Below, piece by piece: positions 51,601-62,600 of a DNA stretch of 64,000 nucleotides. Every line of letters begins with the position of its first letter. The first letter of the stretch is position 1. The notes beneath the pieces were generated by a model, which saw only the letters and a program-made list of their open reading frames with translations, was not told the origin of the DNA and made no database searches. The DNA lies in contig CM119382.1 of NCBI GenBank assembly GCA_051294905.1, forward strand, positions 9,300,001 through 9,364,000, given 5' to 3'. A program made the position numbers and the translations under genes. Source of the DNA: Botryllus schlosseri. Taxonomy: Eukaryota.

Positions 51601-54600
51601 AATATAAGAGCTGTGTAACACGAATCCAGTTATTAAAAGTGAGATGGAAAACTCATACCTCGCAAACAAGCGGGCGCGTCCGGTGGGTAGATAGGGTCTT
51701 GAGCTATGACAAGTCCTGTCAAGTCTGATGCTTGACCAGGACCGGCCGCATTCAAAGCGTACACCCGGAACTCATATTCCTGCTTGTACACCAATCCTCC
51801 AACACGGCAACTTAGATCTTCGACAGGCTCTTTTGTGACCCTACAATGGCCGGCGTGAGACTATGCATCAGAAACCGCGTACAATTTTAACTCACGGCAG
51901 CCATTTCGGGCCTGTTTTTGCTCTCTTTTCGACCATGTAGCCGGTTATTGCCGCACCGCCATCGGACTTGGGTCTTGACCAGAACAGAGTCACCGATTCT
52001 TTTGTCACAGACGCGATTTCCGGTGTAGGGACTTTGTGAGGGGTGGAAAAAGGATTCATAGCAACGATATCACGCGATTCCAAGCCTTTTCCGACGCCAT
52101 GTTTGTTTTCGGCGGATACACGAAATACATACTCGTTGCCAGCGATTAGTTTTGCTGAATAAAATATTATTAATAATTATCGGCAGCTCTGAAACATTCA
52201 TCTGCTCAAGAAGTAAAATGCACAATATGATACATGAGTGAAAATGCGAAATGGTGAACAGTTATGTCATATTTTGGGAGGTCATATTTTGCGGCCCATG
52301 ATCTCATAAGAGATTTTGGAAGAGCGCCAAGTAAAGCATTTTGCAATGCTGAAATTGATGTCAGTATCAAAATAATGTTGCTGTTTCAGAATAAGCTATT
52401 CACCTGTTTAGCTGAAACGGTATCGGCAGATGGTAACAGCATTCAACCGAGGGAGAATCAGCTAATAAGAATGGGTATATTGCTTTGACATGCAATGACC
52501 CAAACTCTGCCAAGAATGAGACGCGTAGAAAACGACTTAGGGCTTTCCCACAAGATCAAACTTTAGGAGGATATAGTCTTTCAGCTAGTAACGTGTCGCG
52601 CTAACACAAATATCAATTCCTTAGTCACTAAAACGCGTTGTCAGCTATCTGGCGCAGCTTATATTTCAAATAAAATGAAACTTATGATCATGATATTTCT
52701 TGTTGTGTATGTACTTCTTTAGAAAAATATTAATACTTCTGTGGTATATGTATGCCCGTTGTACTGACGTAAAGTTTTAAAAACGTAGTTGCGCATCTGC
52801 GTGGCCTACTTTGTCTCGATATTGCATTTTTGCACCCAGCAGCCTCTACGAAATTAGGACTGTGGTCCGTGACTTGCTTTGAGTTGGCGACCCCTGAGTT
52901 AGATGGATGTCGAAACAACCAAATTACAACTTGGCTGATCATTCAGATGCGGAAGCGTATATTTATCAATCGTGAAGTGTTTGCGCCAACGTGACATATT
53001 GCATTTGAAATATATAAACATATATCTATTGAATACAATTCAATTTAATAATCAGAATCATCGGTTCTAATATTTTCATCCGCTCAAGACATATAGTGCA
53101 CAACGCGATGTAATGAACAGATACGGGGTTATCGAAAAAACGAATTGCGTTCTCTCAATCTAACATCCACCTTGGCCTATTGCCCGACGTAACAGGGTTC
53201 AATATTGATCTGTCGGCTGTCTATCATTTTTAGACGTTTTGTGAAGGTTTCAGAGTTCAGAGTTGGCCGGCACAATATTTTCGAAATGGAAATTGAGCTA
53301 AGGTTGGAAACCACTGAACAATGCTAACTACCCACCGGAATGGAAACTGCTAAAACAAAATACATACTGATATCATAGCTTGTATCCTTCACGCTAACGC
53401 TGACAAGCACCCACGCGAGATGACACGTTTCGCGTTTCTCCACTATATAATTGATGATGTCATCACCACCATCATCGACAGGCGGATTCCAAGCGATTGT
53501 ACAACCATCGCAAGACAAGTTCGAGATCGTAACCGGTCCAGCTGGGGCACTGGGTCTGTCCAGAACTTTGACATTGACATGCAGACTCCTGCGTACAGAT
53601 TTAAAAGTAACGCATGAACTTGAAAAAAGAATAGTAACCAAACTCACTGTGTCCCAGCTACATTTTGAGCTGTGACCTTATAACACCCGCTGTTCGACCT
53701 TTGTACTGCAGGAATTATCAGTGATGAGTACCCGCCAACACTTTTCGAGGCTAAGTCGGCGTTTTGCGATAATCTCTCATCCTCTCTCATCCAAGTCACA
53801 ACCGGTTCTGGTTTTCCTAGGAATAGGAATAGTACAAGACTTTATATATTTTTGTCCTTGATGTTTGTACGGCATATACACCGACTTATGTTATACATAT
53901 ACATGATATGTGCATATGCATACCATTTGTGCATGATGTACATATGATGCTGCACAAGGAAGGTGCAGATATAGCCTAAGATATAGCCTAAGTCACCCCT
54001 GCATGCAATCACGGAAATGCTGAGCATCAATTACCAAGTTTTACTGGTCAGGTCTTTAGTCTTACCCGTACAGGGATTGAACCCATGACCTACCGATCAA
54101 GAATTCAGGTGCTCCTGCATTACGCTATCTTACCTCTGATGCCAGCCTCTAGTTTGAGAGTATCTCCCGCACGCATGGTTACAAGCTCGGCGAATCGAGC
54201 GTCCATATCGATTTTCGGGGCAATGTGCTCGTTCTTTGCAGTCACGGGGTCCACCGTCATGGCTGGAATGCTGATTGAGCCCGCCGCGTTCTTGGCGCAT
54301 ACCCTGAACTGGTACTGGGTGCCTGTGGTGAGACTGTCGACTAGATAGCTGGTGTCCGAAACGTTTCCGAAGTTGCATTTTTGCCATCTCCCGACAGGGT
54401 ACTCCATTTTTTCGATGATATATCCTTAATACAGGCAGAGGAGGTTAGTACCGGACAGACTCCAGGGCACCCAAATGAAAGTGTGAGGCTTCTCTCGACA
54501 ACACGAAATCTGTCGTCTCGATAATTCTTCGCGAAAACAGAATTAGCCAACAATTGTTTACCAATGGCATTAATTTATATTGGTATTGATATACGATATT

Positions 54601-56587
54601 GTCAAAACATAAGGATGATTTATTTGCTAGTGCACCGTATGAAATTACATCGATAATACATTATATAAACTAATATTCTAGTAATTGTTGAATTGACAAA
54701 GGACTTATCAGGGAATACCATCATAGAGACATTTTCTTGATAAAAATATGAATCACCCACCGGTAATTTTCGCACCGCCGTCATACTCTGGCTTTTTCCA
54801 ACACAACATAACATTTTCTGCAGTAGTCTCGACAACTTCGAGATCTATTGGTGCGTCGACGGCGTCCTTGGTAAGGGCGGGATCAGAAACTTTACTGAAT
54901 TTACCTAAACCAGCCATATTTTCGGCAACAATGCGAAATTCATATTCCACACCTTCCTTAAGACTTGTCACCTGATATAAAGAGATTAAAATTAGTCTTA
55001 GTCATAGTGATAGTCATATAAATACGGCATTGCAACCTTGCTTACCTTGTAGGTGTTACTTGTGACAAGGGACTTGTTGGCTTTCATCCAGTTTTTGGTG
55101 TTTTTCTCTTTACGGTCGATGTGATATCCCATGATTGCTGAACCGCCATTTTTAACCGGAGCAGTCCACTTGATCGTTAGACTTTGTCGGCTACTCGCTA
55201 TCACTTCTGGGACGCCCGGTGATCCCGGAGCCTGATAGGACATATTTACGTCATTTAGGTGTTTTAATAAATGTATTCCTATGACGGATGTTGTGATGAA
55301 AGCAATTTGAAATTCTGTACCAGGAACCAAATGTATAAATAAACTACTTTGTATTGCATCAACCCCAGTACATTACAAGTCGAGATTAAGCTAACGCCAT
55401 ATCCCTGCTTAGAGACTGGAATATTATCTAGACTTGTGAACACTCCCCAAGATGCTCCAAGGCCATTAATTGAAAAGGTTTTAAGCAAAACGTATTGCTC
55501 TATTTTAAGTCGGCAGAAGTAAATTGAAACGGGTAATCCGGCTTGTTGTAAATCAACATAGCACTCAAAATGTAATGAATAACATGTAAATAATGATTCA
55601 TAATCATCATTAGCGTCAATATAGCAAATTTTAAGAAACATTAATAACTACAATTGTACTTTTGCATAAAATCTGTACCAAACCAGTAGACATAGTTAAC
55701 AAATGTTCATTCTCACTGCACATAAAATTATACCAATATGGTCCTTACCTTGAATGGAAAATTAACTTTCACGGTAGCAGACTCCAACGCCTTCCCGATG
55801 CCAAACCGATTTTCGGCCCTTATTCGGAAGCTATACTGTGCTCCAGTACGCAGTCTTTTCATTTTCAGCGTGGTACGCGCACTCGCACCAGTCACCATTT
55901 TCCATTCTTTCGCCTTATCGTCCTTATCTCTGATTTCAACGAGATAACTGCTGACAGGACTGCCGCCGTCTGAATGCGGAGCCTTCCAAGCCAACGTCAG
56001 AGAATCGTTTGTGATTTCTGAAAACTCGACGGGACCCCGTGGTATTGCCGGACGATCCAATACTCTTATAATAACCGGGACAGATTTACTGCCATGCTCA
56101 TTTTCCAGGAGAAGAGTGTAATGCCCGGAATCTGTAAAAGTGTCGTGTGATAAAATTTCTTAATCTTGCGGAAGCTAGGGTAACAATTCACTGTCGATGT
56201 TAGCATCTTTTATCATAAGTTTTGCGATGTTGTCGCAGACATCAACATTTGTTCTACTCGTCATCTTCACGTCTTCAGTTCCGAGTTTCCATGTTGCTAC
56301 TGGTATTGGCTGACCTTTAAACCGTACCTATAATAAAGTCAAAGCATATTGACGATTGATTTGAAGATTATGTAGATGTAAAATTGTGAGTATTATTCTA
56401 CATCAATGTTAATAATGGAATATATCTTGCGACATTTGAAGAAGTAACCACAAAATTTTATCAGAATGTATTCTCTACATTGCTCTGAATTGAATTAAGA
56501 TATAGTGCTAAATAGGACTTTCATATCTCATGCTTGTTGCGAGAAATATAGAAGAGAAGTGTCGTATGGTTAATGCGCTCCTATTTG

Positions 56588-56618
<31 letters not shown>

Positions 56619-59600
56619 AATGACTTGATCTGACCTAATAAGAACATTTTTCATTTGCAATTAGTTGACGAAACACAATGCGTTGTGGTAATGGTACCAA
56701 ACAAAATCAGTGTGAACTACGGGTCCGTGTCAATGAGTCATGCCGTCGCGGTAGGTTGAAAGAACCAGGCCATTCTCGCATTTGAAGCCTGATGAATTGC
56801 GAAAGAATACAAGCCAACTTTTGGAGTCAGCTCATACGAAGAAGATAATAGACGCATAAAGCTTTCTTTCTGCCTTACTGCGTTCAATTTTATGGGCATG
56901 GAAGTCATGCTATTATTGACACCCAGGTTCAATTGTGGTCAGTCAAGTTATTTCATATCAGTATAGATGTCGAATATACTTTACGTCTCTACTTATTATT
57001 TCAATCTGTCCCGATAATCCAAGTATAAATATAAACACACCTCTGCTGTGATACATCTTCCTGCTTTTCCTTCGACGATTTTCTGCGACAGTCCGTCTAA
57101 TTCAGCGTCAGGCGGCGATATTTGTTCCGCAACCAGTACGTAGTCGGACATGGTTATGGCAGGACTGAATCCCGTGCTGTTCTTAGCGAGAGCGCGAAAC
57201 AAATACTGTTGCCCATCATTCAAATTTCGGACGGTACATGATAATAGATTGGGCTTCAGGGACACCGCCTTGGACCACTGATCAAAACCTGAGAGAATTT
57301 TTTTAATATCAGCAAGAGCCATAAGCAAGGTATTAGGACTAATGCATTCATTAATCTCAAGTCAAACATGGAAAAGTTTCTATGGCAATTCTGAAGTATT
57401 GCATGTCTATTTTCTCACCTTTCTTCTGCTGTTCAATAACATATTCCACAACCTCGCTACCTCCATCATAATCAGGTTTCGACCACTGTAGCTTCACCGT
57501 GCCTTTGGATATCTCGCTACAGTACAGCGACGCAGGAGGGCCCGGTTCTTCGGAAACTTTTATCGGAATTTGAGTAACGGATGGGTCGCTGATGCCATGA
57601 TCATTTTCGGCCATCACTCTGAGAATAGAACAAGGTTCAGTATTAACCAGTGCCTAATATACATGTAATAAGCTTCAAAAGTATATATTGATCTACGATA
57701 TGTATAATTTATAAGAATTATGTGCTTACAGTACCCAATATTAACTAGAACTCTTGGAAAGCAATGACCTTAGTAGTTTCAGCATTAGTTGAAAGAGTCA
57801 AGCGCACAACTCATTTCATAAAGATTCATTTCAAGAATTATGGCATCAACCGTGGTATCTTAAAGTTGATATGTATCTCTGTGTGTCATGTAAACATGTT
57901 ATTACACAAATACAAACCTGAAATAATAACTGAACCCTTGGTTGAGATTGGTAAATTCAAAACAAGTAGATCGCCAGCAAGATTCAACGGTAAGCCACGA
58001 CTTTCTGGTGGACTCGCGCTTCTCAAGAACGTAACTTTTCACAGGCGCTCCACCGCAACTTAGAGGTTCCTCCCAGGACACAGACACAGAGATTCGGCTG
58101 ACTTTGGATACTTTAAAACTCTCAGGAGTACTCGGAATGTCGATTACGTTCACACTGGTTGTAATCGATGACATGCCGGCAGTGTTCTTAACAAGCATTA
58201 TGTATTCACCAGAGTCATTGCTTGTGATATTTTTAAAGGAAAGTGTTGATTGTCCGGCGCAAGTATCTACTGAATAACTCTCAGACGGGATATTTTCAGG
58301 CACCAGCCACCTGGCTGTCGGGTCGGGACGTCCATGAAAGACATGGGATATCTTCAACGTTTTCCCAGCATATATCGTCAATCTTTTACCCTCCGTTTCA
58401 TCACAAACAATGACCGGAGCTTCTGGGCAATCTTCAGGTTTCACTGCTTTCGATGACAATGCGGGCAACGATTTTCCGACGCTGTTATGGGCATAGATAC
58501 GGAACATAAAGAACTTTTCCGACTTCAAATTGGAAACAACGCAACTCGTGGTACGCAATTGCGTTTGGTTAAAAGCTAAAATCCAGGTCCAGTTTTCTTC
58601 GTTGTCTTTGTAATCTGAATCCGAATCCAGTTCAGTGTATTCTATGGAATATCCTGTCAGATTAGCGCCGCCGTCGTAAGATGGTTTCTTCCATTTCAGA
58701 GATATCGATGATGAAGTCTTATCAAACACCTCGGGTGCACCTGAAAAAGGCAAATATAAATCAAATGTCGAAATATATTTCGGTGGACTTTGTTACAAAA
58801 ATGATAGGAGAATGACAATTTGAAATTGGCGATATCGCAATTCTAAAATCGTAACAATGCAACTGGTCAACTTCGTCCAGATGCATTGTTGTCATACAAA
58901 AGAAACTCAGTGCCGATGGCTCGTTGTTTCACGGCACTGAGATTGTTCGAAACAATGTTAATTTTCATCTTTGATAGTGAATTTGAGGCGGTTCCATTGA
59001 CCTGACTATATTACAATTTACATTTAGGTAGTAAGTGCTAATGAAGGCTTAAATCAAGACCAATTGTGTGTAGCCAGCTATAAGATCAATGAAGATGAAT
59101 TTTATGTTATTTTCAACTGTTTATTCGGTGAATACAGGCATAATGATGGAGGGGTTAGGTGTCTTTCAGAAGGTTGAGAACCGCTGCATTGAGTGTAATA
59201 AGTCCATTAATTTACCTGGTTCATCTGGTTCACAGACGGGATCTTTCAGAGCAAAATATCCAGTCGGCTCACTCGCGGGTCCAACCCCGGCCTTATTCTG
59301 CGTATATATCCTGAAATTGTATTCTGTCGCAGTGGACAATCCAGAGATTTCGTATCGGAGGCCGGCAATCAGATTTCTGGAAGCTTTAATCCATCTCGGA
59401 GATTTTTTCGACTGATACTCAATGATGTAGCCTGGGTGAATACATTTTATCCATCAAATCATCTAAATGCAGCTTTTATCGTAAATGACTTGCCTTCTAT
59501 GTCACAATCACCGCGATTATGCGGTTCCTCCCATGTCATGTTGCAAGCCCCGTCCTCAATATCAGATACCAAGAGTGCTGTTGGAGGCCCAGCTACAGTG

Positions 59601-62600
59601 AAATGATCCACAGCTCTGACCGGATCGCTCTCAAGCGCCAATCCTGCTCCAAATTTGTTTACTGCTCTCACCCGGAAAACATATTCGATATTACGCAACA
59701 GTCCGGTAACCTAAACAGAAGAGCAAAAATGGTTAAGTAGTCAGCCTTATAACTCGAGCTTCAAACATACATTTATTTACCCAGACTATTTCGTGCGATT
59801 TTCATGACAAATTCACTCAAAATAGGGACATAACTGATGCTACAGCTAATTTCTATCTTTCAATTTCTCTAATAACTGTTCCAGTAATCTGGGAATAATC
59901 TGAAAATATCGTAAATCAATCTTGGGCTGTTGAGGAATCATAGTTTAGATGCCGCAGTGGAATTAGTCTAAATCAGGGTTTATTAGAGTATGGGTCATGA
60001 CTGCACCAGAGCAATCTTTTAATACGCATGTGATATTAGTTAATTTCTTGCAACAGAAAGTTTTCTTCATTTGTAAGGTCACTGTGCTGGTAACTCTAGA
60101 GATAATTACGCCAATAAGCGAGACATGGTTACGAAAATATAGCTCCATCATGAGAATGTGCCGATCTTTGTATTACACAGCTATGACGCTATGATAATGT
60201 TTGTCCGACATTAGCTTTTCTGGAAAGCCCAGACTTGTGCATCATAACAGGTATTTTGAGGCCGACCATGGGCCACGACACTTGCGGACATGAAGTTTTG
60301 ACCAATATGCGAAAAAATGCGGTGTCAATAAAATCGGCGACGACAAAAACTTAACCGAAATTGATGGCAGCTGGCTGGCCAAAAGCTTCGATATTGATAT
60401 GTCCAATTGGGGAAATGGTCGAAACCGAATCGTCCTTGTAATTTAAGCCTCGTTGTACAAATGTGGACAGCATGGACAATAATGCATCCCAATTTGTAAT
60501 TGTGTGTATTGTAGGTGTGTATAGGGCGTATCACAACAGTGTATTTTCACGCCATAGTAGCACATGACGTAGACTTCCTATTGCGATTATATCGAGCATT
60601 TCTAAACTCGTGCAATAGCAAATTCGAGATGAGACTTCATGCAATCTACTGAAAATACGTAGAATAAACTGTGTATGAACAATATATCTCGTACGAAGAG
60701 TTCACGACAGTAACGAAGAGGACAATCTCTCTCAGTTAAGTACCAGACAGTGCAGCCTATACGCAAGGACATCTACTTGTCTGAGTTCTACTTACAGAGA
60801 CATAAACCCAAAAACTGTTCATCTCTCTCGTTGTCTTAGTATTTAGACTTGATTAGTAAGTGGTATTGATTGGCTAAATGAATTGCTGTTGTTTACACCT
60901 ATACGTTTTCTATTTACTTCCGCTTCATTGCATGTTCGCTCCCTCAAGCAAGGGATGCTGCAGGTGTGTATAGGGCGTATCACAACAGTGTATTTTCACG
61001 CCATAGTAGCACATGACGTAGACTTCCTATCGCGATTATATCGAGCATTTATAAACTCGTGCAATAGCAAATTCGAGATGAGACTTCATGCAACCTACTG
61101 AAAATACGTAGAATAAACTGTGTATGAACAATATATCTCGTACGAAGAGTTCACGACAGTAACGAAGAGGACAATCTCTCTTAGTTAAGTACCAGACAGT
61201 GCAGCCTATACGCAAGGACATCTACTTGTCTGAGTTCTACTTACAGAGACATAAACCCAAAACCTTATAAGTTACTGCAGTATCACGCATGTTTCATAAA
61301 ATTTCGTTGCGTATAACTGATTGTATAAACCTTCTCTATTGCATGCATACCTGTAAAAGCGTGAGTTACTGACATTAAAAATACATTATTTCAATCCATG
61401 GCTCGCGAGATACCAATACGACTCAGAGTTGGGTCGCGGTCTAAAAAGTGCAAGAACAACTGGTCCTAAGTCATAACTCCTTGAGTTAGCAGTGCAAGTA
61501 AGCATAACCTACTCTAGTGCTGTGAAATAGTAGAAGTACTTCTTACTGACCACCTCAGCGTAAAAGCACAGGGAATCGAATGAGCACAGGCATGAACAAA
61601 TCAACATGTTATTTCCAGCCACATCGTTGAAAGGAAACATACTTTGCATCGGCTATCCTCCACTCCATCACATACTGAAATCCAAGCCAACTTTGACGAA
61701 TCTCGCTTTTCCACGACATATCCTGAAATCTTCGATCCGCCGTCTAACAAAGGAGCTTGCCACTCCAACACGCATTGCGCCGACGTGACAGACGACACTT
61801 TCAAAGGCCATCCGCATTGCCCGGGCGGCGATAACACCTGCACGTTGATTCCGATATTATGTTGACCGCCGCTGTTGGACACTTGCACACGATACACGTC
61901 GCTATCTTCTAGACGGCAATCTTTCAATTTGAGCAATGTCTCACAGTCTGCGGTCTGAAATGGAATACCTACTTGTCAGTACACGTGATTAGTTGTTGCA
62001 GGTTACCTCAACGTTCTCAATATCAAGAACAAATTACCATTTGTAGTAGGGTTTGAGTACTTCAATCAGAAACTACCATTAATTATAATGGCTTCAGTCA
62101 ATTAATGAGATACAATAGCAGTTATATTACGATTGATAATTATAATTTCGATGCTTCTTCTCCATCCTGGCGCCTTGAACCTCGAATATTATCACAGTAT
62201 ACAAAACATATAGCACTAACCAAAGCATGTGGTGACTTTTCTGTGAAGATATGATCAACTCACAGTATTGTCACAATGTGTAATATCATATGTATCATAA
62301 AAAAATATCAAATTATCTTGAATGCGATGCAATATTCTCTTTAAAGTCGCCTAAAACGTACATATTCGAACTTTCCACATCATCCGTACTGTTGTGATAT
62401 CATAAAGCGAGATATTGCAACACTCGTACGGAAGCCTACCCTGAATTAGGAATCAAATCACTAAGATGTTGGATTTTGCAAGCCTTTATATGTAGTGGTC
62501 TGCAATGAAACACTAAAATCTCATACCGATCACCACACATAGACTTAAATATCACTCGTTTACTTGTCACTCTGCGCAATTTGATTAAGCCCGAACTTAC

